Origin: TPA_inf: Saccharomyces
Lineage: Eukaryota
Direction: 5' to 3'
Length of the DNA stretch: 64,000 nucleotides
Assembly: GCA_000146045.2 (NCBI GenBank)
Contig: BK006946.2
Coordinates: 800,001-864,000 of the forward strand
Below, one piece after another: positions 10,778-20,255 of this stretch. Position numbers and translations under genes: made by a program. The notes under the pieces were generated by a model that worked only from the letters and a program-made list of their open reading frames with translations, had not been told where the DNA came from and made no database searches. Numbering within the stretch: position 1 is the stretch's first letter; every line of letters starts with the position of its first letter.

Positions 10778-11232
10778 CTTCGTACTAGTTTTAGCTTACC
10801 ACCGCTTTTAGTGCCTGCCACGATAACAATAGAAAAAAAAACTAATCAAAGACAATAGACACAATAGCTTCTACTATCTAATACCTCTGTTCTTATACGG
10901 TTCCAAATTGAAAAAAAAATTAACTGCGAAAAGATGTCACACGTCAGTAAATCCGCGCAAAACCCCGTTATATTTCCGACGTCGTGCGGTAGTTTCTGCG
11001 CGGAACGGCCCCGCGGAATAGGCACATTTTCTTCCGGCCGCAGAAAGCTCTCTTTATCAAAAGCAAGACTGTTTTCGGCTATTGTATTATGAGAAGTTTG
11101 GTGTTTGTCCAACTTTCCCTGTTGTCCTGGGAAATATTCTGTGGGGAACGTAGCTTTGTGAGCATGAAAGCTATCTTTTCGTGTATGTACGTGTGATGTG
11201 TATATGTCTATGTATGCAGCGCTGAAGCCTTT

Positions 11233-13980
11233 TCAGGGTTGTTGTTGTTGTTGTTGTTGTTGTTCTTTGTCGTGGGCTACCTGCTCCATGTACAGAGTGT
11301 GATTAACCAAGTTCAGATAAGCATACATGAAGTTACTTAGTAATACCTGCTCGCGCAGTCCCCTCTTCGAATTGCTCAATTTCAAGTGACTCAGCCGGTA
11401 TATGGCCCTTTCGACGTTAATTGGTAGACGGTGGTCGAACATGATAACCGTAGACACTGTCAGCAAAGGCAGTGGGAACCCAAAGGCACTGTCTGTGAAT
11501 TGAACCGGGGAGTTTGGTTTGTCAGGTTTTTTGACGTCTGCAAATGTAAGCTTTCTTGGGGGCAATATGGAGGTATGTTTCAATGGTGGTGCCGCTGGAG
11601 CCTGAGTTTGAGCTGAAGCTTCAACTGGGGCTGAAGTTTGGACTGGGGCTGAATTTTGGACTGGGGCTGAAGCTTGAACTGGGACTGAAGTTTGGACTTG
11701 TTCTTGAGCTGGAGCTTGTAGTTGAGCTTTTTGCTCATCGGTATTCTCCTTTTGGACGTGTTTGGAGTGTTGTTGGTTGGAAATTTCTGTCGTATTGCTC
11801 CTCTTCTTGTTCTTTTTCTTTGCCTCCTCTTCTTCTCTGTCTCTAGAGTTACTTTTGGTACTACTTACACTAACGGCCGGCTGTAGTTGGGGCAAGCTCT
11901 CGGAATCGCTTTCCTCTTTCTTTTCTATCTCTATTGCGCCTTCCAATTGTGGTTGTAATGGTATCTGCTGCTGCGGCTGAGAATCTTTAAGGGTTTTTAC
12001 GCTTATTTTTTGGGAACCATGACGGCTGTGATGGTGACGGTGAGGACGAGGGCGATTGCGCAACACAATGGGTTCAACCGGCTCCCTTCCACTTTTGTTA
12101 CCAAGCTTTTTGCTTTTCCTCACGCGAACGTGCACGGCATCGTTATTTGGTATTGATGGTGACGATGATGGTGACGACGAGGGTGATGATGATGCATCAT
12201 GCTTGTGGTGTGGCTTTCTTCTGAATAGGTTCGCAAAAGTTTTCTCGATTTTCTGTCTTGTCTGTGATGTGGCGGTGGAAGTACTTGAATTGTTCATTTC
12301 TTCTTTATTTGACACCTCCGTCTTCTCACCGCCATTAAATAGAGAAATATAATGTTTTTTGGAATTGTCGAGCTCCATTCTTTGTGAATCCACGTTTTCT
12401 TCATTTTCATCGTCCCCTTGGTTTTCTTCGTTATCGTCTTCTCTGCTCATTTTATTGTTCAACCATGTCCATCCGTTTCTTCGACGATGTCGCTTCGTTT
12501 CTTTGTTGTCATCCGTTGCGCTTGGCTTTACCATGTCTGTTGTTCCCTCTCTTAACTCTAAGTCTTGTTCTACTGTGTCATTTCGAACCTTGACGGGTAC
12601 CTCTTCGGCTTCTTTCTCTATTCCCATTTCTTGTTCCCACTCGCCACTAGACTGTCTGTAATGATTATAAATGTCTTGAAAATCACCAATTGACCCAGGC
12701 GAACTCATATTCTCAGAATCCTCATCTTGCTGTCTAAAAGGGGATTTGTGCGGATCTATTTCGACCTTTATTGTATTCTTGGTCAATTTTAGACGTTCTT
12801 CGTCGTCGTTTTTCATTTCATCCACACTTTGTTCTACTTCTTTTTCTTGCTCTTGTGACCTGATTCGATAAGTGTTGAATCTACTCCTTCTCAGTGACGA
12901 TCGTTCAGGCCATGTCATGGTATTATTGATGGGCATATTGGAGGCAAATTCACCATCATCCAAAGTATTCGCTTGTGAAGTTGAAAAACCAATATCTCCT
13001 TCATCATAATGCCCTTCCGGTTGTGGTTGATCTTTTTTATCTGAATATGAACCAGCCATACTAAGAGTTCTGGCTAATGTAATGGCATCATTGTCGGTTA
13101 GTCCTGCACTATTTGAGATCTTTGTCAGTTCTTCAGTTATATCTCTTAACGACACTGGTCTCTCTTTTATTTTGGAGATTCTTTCTTCGACTTTATTTAC
13201 TGTTTCAGAGGCACTGTCTCCCTTATTATCGTCATCTTCGTTATCATCAAACTCTGTATATGACCTCCGCAATGTTGAAGGCCTTCGTATTAGTGACGCG
13301 TTTCCATGCCTTGACAGCCCCCTGTTCAAGTTGATAGTGTTGTTCTCCTTATTTTCATATGATTGTGATTCTTTATCCTCCCCATTATCCTCAATATCGT
13401 TATTTTCATTGCTATTCCCATCATTATCTTCACCATTGTCGCTTAGTTGTATATTTTGTAAAGTATCTTGTACAAGCTCTAGGAAATTATCAGGCTTAAC
13501 GTTAGGGTGTTGATTGGCGGGAACCCATAATAAGTTTTTCTTTAATACGTTAGCATTTAATTTCCTGGATGGAGAGTGAACACCTTTTTTTATACCTAAG
13601 TAGTTACCTTGTTTAGTCTTATTGGAGGATTCTATCCCTGAGTTACCCCTCCCATGCAAGTTCTCTAGCGGAGTTGGATCGCTATATCGTGTGTTATTAA
13701 CGGTGGTTGTGTCACTTGGCATTGACGCAGAACTGGATGTCGTGCCAGACCATGATCGTCTCCCACTAGATTCCCCACCGAATTTTATATCTAATTCTGG
13801 ATCAATAAGTAAATCCATTGACCCAATCGACAATCTTTTTAGGTTTTTTACGCTGCGGATTTCATTGTCAAGGGACTGTGCAGCAATCAAAACTTCAGAC
13901 TTCCGTTTATCCCTTTGACTAGCGATCGCCTTATCGCTTGATGTAGTACGCAGCATGCTCTCGTTATCTCTATTGGACAT
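11233..13980 (-). CDS. ZDS1: Ser/Asn-rich low-complexity regulator of cell polarity and PP2A-Cdc55
   Basis: 915 aa. C-terminal hexapeptide repeats (SAPVQ…), poly-Q tail and a conserved C-terminal block. Matches YMR273C. Confidence 0.85.
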   Translation of the reverse strand: MSNRDNESMLRTTSSDKAIASQRDKRKSEVLIAAQSLDNEIRSVKNLKRLSIGSMDLLIDPELDIKFGGESSGRRSWSGTTSSSASMPSDTTTVNNTRYSDPTPLENLHGRGNSGIESSNKTKQGNYLGIKKGVHSPSRKLNANVLKKNLLWVPANQHPNVKPDNFLELVQDTLQNIQLSDNGEDNDGNSNENNDIEDNGEDKESQSYENKENNTINLNRGLSRHGNASLIRRPSTLRRSYTEFDDNEDDDNKGDSASETVNKVEERISKIKERPVSLRDITEELTKISNSAGLTDNDAITLARTLSMAGSYSDKKDQPQPEGHYDEGDIGFSTSQANTLDDGEFASNMPINNTMTWPERSSLRRSRFNTYRIRSQEQEKEVEQSVDEMKNDDEERLKLTKNTIKVEIDPHKSPFRQQDEDSENMSSPGSIGDFQDIYNHYRQSSGEWEQEMGIEKEAEEVPVKVRNDTVEQDLELREGTTDMVKPSATDDNKETKRHRRRNGWTWLNNKMSREDDNEENQGDDENEENVDSQRMELDNSKKHYISLFNGGEKTEVSNKEEMNNSSTSTATSQTRQKIEKTFANLFRRKPHHKHDASSSPSSSPSSSPSIPNNDAVHVRVRKSKKLGNKSGREPVEPIVLRNRPRPHRHHHSRHGSQKISVKTLKDSQPQQQIPLQPQLEGAIEIEKKEESDSESLPQLQPAVSVSSTKSNSRDREEEEAKKKNKKRSNTTEISNQQHSKHVQKENTDEQKAQLQAPAQEQVQTSVPVQASAPVQNSAPVQTSAPVEASAQTQAPAAPPLKHTSILPPRKLTFADVKKPDKPNSPVQFTDSAFGFPLPLLTVSTVIMFDHRLPINVERAIYRLSHLKLSNSKRGLREQVLLSNFMYAYLNLVNHTLYMEQVAHDKEQQQQQQQQP
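11599..11712 (-). repeat. Tandem 18-bp coding minisatellite (about 6 imperfect copies of gctgaagtttggactggg) encoding the (Q/E)xSAPV repeats of ZDS1
   Basis: Direct reading of the sequence. The same periodicity yields the LGLKFGLGLNFGLGL antisense ORF. Confidence 0.7.
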
Positions 13981-14363
13981 TATAAAAGACAGCTAAATTC
14001 TCCTTTGAATTGAAAATATGTAACCCACAAAACAAACCAAAACTAACTAAGACCTTAAATTCTAGGAGACCAAATAAAAACCTTAAAAAAAGAAAAACGT
14101 CGAAACCTATTAGATGCCACCTTCTCTCTACTCTTAGATCTGACAACTTCAATACCACTGACACGAACGACTTGTTATTGAGTCCGTAATACAAAGTATA
14201 GGTACTTTATAGTCCTCCAAATTCTTTCACCAAAACACCAAAACTCGATTTTTTCACTCTTCCGTAACAAAAGCCCGGTCGCTCGATAGAATTCCATAAT
14301 AGTAGTGAAAAAAGGTTATAGTACATAGGAAATTTTAAACGGTATACAAGTACGTAAAAAAGG

Positions 14364-15311
14364 CTAAAGGGTTATTCTATAACCAGGAGTTCCTACCAGA
14401 GTTTGTAAGGTATCCTTCAGGGATATTAATCCAAGGACCAGCAGTGCGAAGTAGCACTTATTCCAGATTGAGACCAATTTGGAAATGCGTCCAGCTTTCT
14501 TGTCTACTACTGTGAAATGTAAATTCAATCTTGAAGGACCAGGAAACCCCATGATATTGCAAAGGGCATGCAGGATTATGCAGCACCATAGGTTCCCGCC
14601 TGTTCTTACGAATACAAACTTGGTTAACCCTCCAAAAAGTGTTGTGTATAAAATTTGGAAGCATGTTGTCAGCAGAATGGAAACAGTTGTCATGGAGCCT
14701 TCCTGTAATTGCTCATAAGCATGGTGTGCGTGCGCAAGTCCAAAAAAAAGCGATGGTTGCCAAAATAACTGTTGATAGCTTAGTTGCGAATGCGGTATTA
14801 GGTTTAAGTACGTAGTCAAAAGCATTGACGTGTAAAATATTTCCTCAGTTATTGGTGCAAATATAAAATTCCTGAAACTCCAAATATTCAGGAATTCATG
14901 GTAAAAATCTTCAAGTATAGAGCTCTTTGGATTTAATAAATGATATAATACAAAATCTAAAACGGGTCCACAATATAAGGTCAATAACATCGCAACACAT
15001 TTCGTTAAGTCTTTCACGAACTGGCTGAATTGCCAAGGGTTTGGCAATGCAGCGTAATAACCTGGGATAATACCTAAGCCTAAAAATGCGTCCTTGAAAC
15101 TTATATGTGAAGTGGTACTAGATAATTGAGATTGTAAAAAAGGCACCAAAAAAAGGTTGGAAATTAGCATAATTGTAAGTTTTTGCATGCGAGATTTAAT
15201 CGTTCGAGGATTATCTCGTTTAGACCCTTCTGGTTGTGAAGTTGCATATAGCGGTAGCACATAGGATATGGAGATGTATAGGAGCACTAGAAATGTTGAG
15301 AATTGTAGCAT
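14364..15311 (-). CDS. RCE1: CAAX prenyl protease (type II, Ras converting enzyme)
   Basis: 315 aa polytopic membrane protein with conserved EE…FR…HxxxN motifs (EEIFYTS, FRNFIF, HALCN). Matches YMR274C. Confidence 0.85.
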   Translation of the reverse strand: MLQFSTFLVLLYISISYVLPLYATSQPEGSKRDNPRTIKSRMQKLTIMLISNLFLVPFLQSQLSSTTSHISFKDAFLGLGIIPGYYAALPNPWQFSQFVKDLTKCVAMLLTLYCGPVLDFVLYHLLNPKSSILEDFYHEFLNIWSFRNFIFAPITEEIFYTSMLLTTYLNLIPHSQLSYQQLFWQPSLFFGLAHAHHAYEQLQEGSMTTVSILLTTCFQILYTTLFGGLTKFVFVRTGGNLWCCIILHALCNIMGFPGPSRLNLHFTVVDKKAGRISKLVSIWNKCYFALLVLGLISLKDTLQTLVGTPGYRITL

Positions 15312-15650
15312 TGCTGTTCTGGTTCTCTCTATGACAGACAGTCAGTAGTCAAAGCATCAATTTATTTCGTTTTATTTTTCTTGACAAAGAAAATTCTATG
15401 TTTTGTTCCTGAAATCTCGATATTTTAGTAACTTAAAATAAAGGTAATAAAATCATCAAAGGTTTTCCATCCAGTGGTCCAAAAAAAAAAAAATACAGAA
15501 GCAACAAAAGAGCACCAGAAAATGCATTTTAAAAGAATTTTATTAATAATAGGGAATACAAAGGACGCGATAAATACCTTCATCTATAAGCAAACCATAC
15601 ATATATCTATATCTATAAGAAAAGTAACGAGAATTTTTTCTAATGTTTTT

Positions 15651-18581
15651 TTATTTTGTCACTTGCCTAACAGAAATAGGGATATCAATCTTCGCTACGC
15701 CAAGATGGTTTTCAAATTTAATCATTACTCGAACGCAATAAAACCTACAACATAGGCAGCTTTCAAAACTTGGAATTAAAGTTTCCTTAATGTCCTTATT
15801 AAATTCCAAGTTCACATTAATGTCTCGTTTGTACTGTAAAGGAGCAATCCTAACCCATTTATGAACAATCTGGTCTGTAAATTTCAGGGAAGTAGACGAG
15901 CTACCGCTAGGTAAAAATAAACTACTCTTGGATGAAGAAGTTACTGGCGTTAATGACGCTGAACTGGGCGACGATGAACTACCGTTACCTGTGTGCGATA
16001 TTGAATCCTCAGATAATGCGTGCTTTGAGTGTTGTTTTAGGGTACTGACCTGTTTTTTAAAAATGTTGGATAAGTTGTGAACACTAACTTTCAAGTTGCA
16101 AATGCTTTCGATATCGTTAAACAGCTGTGAAGTAATAAAATCTGTAAATTTCAGTTCCTTTGGCCTACGGTCTCCCCTATTCATATTATATAACTCATTT
16201 AATTCAAGAAAATTCTTGTTGAACTTGGTTTCATATTCACAAATTTTTGAATGGAAATCATCGTACAAAGCTTTGATGCTTGTCAGCTTCTCTTTGTTCA
16301 TCAACAGTTCAGAATTGAGTTTTATTGGGATAGAATTATCAGATTTAGCAGTTATACATATCAGTTCTGTGGTAATCGATTGAATTTCTGGCGGATCATG
16401 AGGTAAGCTATTATCGGATTCTATGCAAGTCAATTGTAAATCAAGTTTTTCCAATGGTTTTTTTACGTCTTCCGGAATCAACTCAGACAATCTCACCCAA
16501 TTTTCTTGGTCGTGTTTACTCTTAGATTCAAAAACATTGGTCTTTCTCAATAATGAGGGAGCCCAATATGGTAGGCCCTGTTTTGGAATTTTCGCCTTTA
16601 CTAGTATTAGCCCTGTCCTTTCTTTATTTCCCGTTAAATCATGATTATTCTTTCCCGCATTTGAGGAAGAGGACATTGAGCTGGAACTGCTGTTTAAAAA
16701 ATGAGAGAAGTTCAGAAATGAGGAGGAATTGGATTTGTTTTTCAGTTTATATTTTAGTTCACTTTCAACAAAGGGACCCCAAGCTCTGGAAGTATCGGTA
16801 TTATGACCACTATTTCCACTGCGGCCATTGTCCAAATCGTGGCCCAACTTCAAATCGTTATAGTTGACTAAATAGTTATTTCTGTTCTTAATGTGCAGTT
16901 GGTCCAATTTCCTCTGCAAAATTTCTTGGGAGTCTGATTCAATAGAATCATCAATGGTACCACTCAAGTCTGCACCGTGAATGTCGCGGTTCGTTATGGG
17001 TTCTTTTTTCTCTAATCTCTGAAAGATTTTTCTAAGAGCATCCAACCTTTCCTGCACTAGTTTGGTGATATCATTCAGCTGACTCATAGTGGTTCTTTCT
17101 CCGACGACATTGGCGTCAAAACCAAAAGGGATTACTCTTAGATTATATTCTCTTTCCTTCATAATATACAGTTTAGAGGCCTTTTGATCTTTACCGACAA
17201 TCCTTGCATCAATAGTGTAATTGATCGAAAGGTTGTCATCAGACATATCGTTAGTTAAGATGGGGGAGCCCTTTGTACCTAAATGACCGCACCCAAGTAC
17301 CCTATTGACTTTGATACCGGAATATTTGCAATTGTTCCTATATTTATCAATACCAAAACTGGGAGGTAACAAACAATGAGAGAAATGCTCCTGCTTACAA
17401 GTGACATCTAGCAATTGCAGTGGCAATTTGAAAATGAAGAATTTCTTGTACTTGACTCCGGGTTCCAGAACCCGGCTATTGTTTAGCCCAAATACAGAAC
17501 CATCGTAGTCAACATCTGCGGGAATGAAGTCCACACCGGACCCCAGTGCTATTTTCGAGTATGACCAAGAAGCGCTCAAGTCTACCATCCTTAAAAACCG
17601 TTTAATCGTTCTTTTACTCTTTACTTTATCAATAATGGAAATGTAAGACTCTAAAGTGACATAGAACATTTCAAACTTTAGGTTTGCTTGAGATTTGTTT
17701 TCAATAGTGATAAAACCATGAATCAAATCCCCCGACGTATACTCTTTCAAAATGGACTCCTCCTCCGGCTTCACGTGTGGTATAGGTGCATGCTTCGTCG
17801 TCTTGATGGTGATTTCGATGGGTGTGGACATTTTTGGTAAAGTGTACAATTTGTCGATGAAAATGTTGTCTGTATCGTTCAAGTCATCAAGTATGGGAGG
17901 TATATCCAGTGAATCTTCATCGACAGCGGTTGATTGATGTGCTGCAATACTGTGATGTTCGGTTCGAAGGGGAATTAAGTTTTCTAAATTTGATGTTGAC
18001 GAAGAACGTGTGGCACCCAATGCGTCAGTGGACAATGATTGATGTGAGAGATCAGCGCTCGAGCCCGCAGCACCTGTTGCAGTAGAATTATTGGCCTCTT
18101 GGTATGAAGGTGGGAAATCATGCCTATCTGGATCGACGTTGCCCTGCGGAATGTGCCTATGCAGGGTATTGTACATCTCAAATGAGGGCAGTACATCAAC
18201 AACATTGTTGATATCTCCGTCGGTCAAGGACCTTCCGGTCTCGACGGGGGTCGCATTTGCAGTTGATCTTCTCAAAGGAGAACGATTACCTCCAGCAGGC
18301 GTTCCGGTGGAAGGAGCATGCGAATGAGAATGTGCTAGTTCGGGACGTCTTAGTCCAAGGATCCCCGTAGCAGACGCGCTTCTTATCCATGATTTTGGAG
18401 AGTGTAACGACGGTGACCTCGAACTGCCTTTACCACCCTCTTGTTTCTGCCTACCACGCCCCCTTGTGTTTGCATTAACGTTCATAGTTGTCGAACTATT
18501 TGCGGTAAAATCAGATCGTTGAGGACGCAGCAAAGGCTTCCTCTTCGGTGGAAACCCCGAATCGTTCAAATCTTTGGCCAT
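15651..18581 (-). CDS. BUL1: Rsp5 ubiquitin-ligase adaptor (arrestin-like)
   Basis: 976 aa with a PPxY motif (PPSY). Matches YMR275C in size and position. Confidence 0.85.
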   Translation of the reverse strand: MAKDLNDSGFPPKRKPLLRPQRSDFTANSSTTMNVNANTRGRGRQKQEGGKGSSRSPSLHSPKSWIRSASATGILGLRRPELAHSHSHAPSTGTPAGGNRSPLRRSTANATPVETGRSLTDGDINNVVDVLPSFEMYNTLHRHIPQGNVDPDRHDFPPSYQEANNSTATGAAGSSADLSHQSLSTDALGATRSSSTSNLENLIPLRTEHHSIAAHQSTAVDEDSLDIPPILDDLNDTDNIFIDKLYTLPKMSTPIEITIKTTKHAPIPHVKPEEESILKEYTSGDLIHGFITIENKSQANLKFEMFYVTLESYISIIDKVKSKRTIKRFLRMVDLSASWSYSKIALGSGVDFIPADVDYDGSVFGLNNSRVLEPGVKYKKFFIFKLPLQLLDVTCKQEHFSHCLLPPSFGIDKYRNNCKYSGIKVNRVLGCGHLGTKGSPILTNDMSDDNLSINYTIDARIVGKDQKASKLYIMKEREYNLRVIPFGFDANVVGERTTMSQLNDITKLVQERLDALRKIFQRLEKKEPITNRDIHGADLSGTIDDSIESDSQEILQRKLDQLHIKNRNNYLVNYNDLKLGHDLDNGRSGNSGHNTDTSRAWGPFVESELKYKLKNKSNSSSFLNFSHFLNSSSSSMSSSSNAGKNNHDLTGNKERTGLILVKAKIPKQGLPYWAPSLLRKTNVFESKSKHDQENWVRLSELIPEDVKKPLEKLDLQLTCIESDNSLPHDPPEIQSITTELICITAKSDNSIPIKLNSELLMNKEKLTSIKALYDDFHSKICEYETKFNKNFLELNELYNMNRGDRRPKELKFTDFITSQLFNDIESICNLKVSVHNLSNIFKKQVSTLKQHSKHALSEDSISHTGNGSSSSPSSASLTPVTSSSKSSLFLPSGSSSTSLKFTDQIVHKWVRIAPLQYKRDINVNLEFNKDIKETLIPSFESCLCCRFYCVRVMIKFENHLGVAKIDIPISVRQVTK

Positions 18582-18826
18582 TTAGCGTACGATATACCTG
18601 TTGACACACACGAACAGTCTCTTTTCGCCCTTGCTAAGAGCTTCTTTCCATAATCACTATGCGGCTCTTCATTGCAATACTTTTATCATTATTAAAATAG
18701 CCTCTGAGAGCGGGTCACGGCCCGCTGAAGGGAAAGAACAATTTAAAGCCAGTTTTAAGTTCAATCCACCGATGGACGAGAGGCAAATAAGACGGATCAA
18801 AGACACCGAATCATTCTAGCACGATA

Positions 18827-19948
18827 ATGTCGTTGAATATACATATCAAGTCAGGACAAGACAAGTGGGAAGTAAATGTGGCACCTGAAAGCACAGTGTT
18901 GCAATTCAAGGAGGCGATAAACAAAGCGAACGGTATCCCGGTGGCAAATCAGAGATTGATCTACTCGGGTAAGATTTTAAAGGACGACCAAACCGTGGAG
19001 TCATACCACATTCAAGACGGTCACAGCGTCCATCTGGTCAAGTCACAACCCAAACCACAAACCGCCAGTGCCGCTGGCGCAAATAACGCCACCGCCACCG
19101 GTGCAGCAGCTGGCACTGGCGCCACCCCGAACATGTCGTCAGGTCAAAGTGCAGGCTTCAATCCGCTGGCCGACTTGACCAGTGCCAGATACGCTGGATA
19201 TTTGAATATGCCATCTGCAGACATGTTTGGCCCGGACGGTGGTGCATTAAACAACGACTCGAATAACCAAGACGAGCTGTTGAGGATGATGGAAAACCCC
19301 ATCTTCCAATCGCAAATGAACGAGATGTTGAGTAACCCTCAGATGTTGGACTTTATGATCCAGTCCAACCCGCAATTGCAGGCCATGGGTCCACAAGCCA
19401 GGCAAATGCTACAAAGTCCCATGTTTAGACAGATGCTCACCAATCCTGATATGATTAGACAGAGCATGCAATTCGCAAGAATGATGGACCCTAATGCCGG
19501 TATGGGCTCTGCAGGTGGGGCTGCCTCTGCCTTCCCCGCTCCTGGTGGCGATGCTCCAGAGGAAGGCTCCAACACGAACACTACTTCCTCATCCAACACA
19601 GGGAACAACGCAGGGACTAATGCAGGTACCAACGCAGGCGCTAACACAGCTGCAAACCCATTTGCGTCTCTTCTGAACCCTGCATTAAACCCCTTTGCTA
19701 ACGCGGGAAACGCTGCATCCACCGGGATGCCCGCCTTCGATCCTGCATTGCTAGCGTCTATGTTCCAACCCCCTGTACAAGCATCTCAAGCAGAAGACAC
19801 CAGACCACCGGAAGAACGCTATGAACATCAATTAAGACAACTAAACGACATGGGCTTCTTCGATTTCGATAGAAACGTCGCAGCCCTCAGGAGAAGCGGT
19901 GGCTCCGTCCAAGGCGCTCTTGATTCACTACTGAACGGCGATGTTTAA
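18827..19948 (+). CDS. DSK2: Ubiquilin-like proteasome shuttle factor (N-terminal UBL, Sti1 repeats, C-terminal UBA)
   Basis: 373 aa. UBL start (MSLNIHIKSGQDKWEVNV…), Met/Gln-rich Sti1-like repeats and a C-terminal UBA (…LRQLNDMGFFDFDRNVAALRRSGGSVQGALDSLLNG). Matches YMR276W. Confidence 0.9.
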   Translation: MSLNIHIKSGQDKWEVNVAPESTVLQFKEAINKANGIPVANQRLIYSGKILKDDQTVESYHIQDGHSVHLVKSQPKPQTASAAGANNATATGAAAGTGATPNMSSGQSAGFNPLADLTSARYAGYLNMPSADMFGPDGGALNNDSNNQDELLRMMENPIFQSQMNEMLSNPQMLDFMIQSNPQLQAMGPQARQMLQSPMFRQMLTNPDMIRQSMQFARMMDPNAGMGSAGGAASAFPAPGGDAPEEGSNTNTTSSSNTGNNAGTNAGTNAGANTAANPFASLLNPALNPFANAGNAASTGMPAFDPALLASMFQPPVQASQAEDTRPPEERYEHQLRQLNDMGFFDFDRNVAALRRSGGSVQGALDSLLNGDV

Positions 19949-20255
19949 ATAAACGTCTAGATGCCGCAACCTATATACTTTTACCCTACTCTATCGGCAT
20001 ATATTTAATCTACGTATTACATGTATCCATCAATAATATCATCATAATATCTGGACACTTTTGGAAGACGCGCCCTTGCGAAAGAAAAAAAAAAATTTTC
20101 GTTTCACACCTACAGTAATAAACACATAATAACAACGAGCTAATCATCCCAATCAATCACCCCTTCCCCCTTTAATTAGCAGCCAGGGTACTGTATTTAG
20201 TCATATAGCGGTACTTGCATTGACCGCGAACGTGTAAACACAAGCAAAGCAGATT

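Noticed and set aside
11431-13918. Several 60-143-aa plus-strand ORFs inside ZDS1 (e.g. 11556..11846, 13082..13513)
   Set aside because: Antisense to a 915-aa gene and generated by its Ser-rich repeats. The LGLKFGLGL periodicity simply reflects the 18-bp coding minisatellite.
19339-19722. 127-aa antisense ORF within DSK2 (Ala/Gly/Pro-rich)
   Set aside because: Mirror image of the GC-rich Ala/Asn/Gly low-complexity linker of DSK2. It is a compositional artefact.
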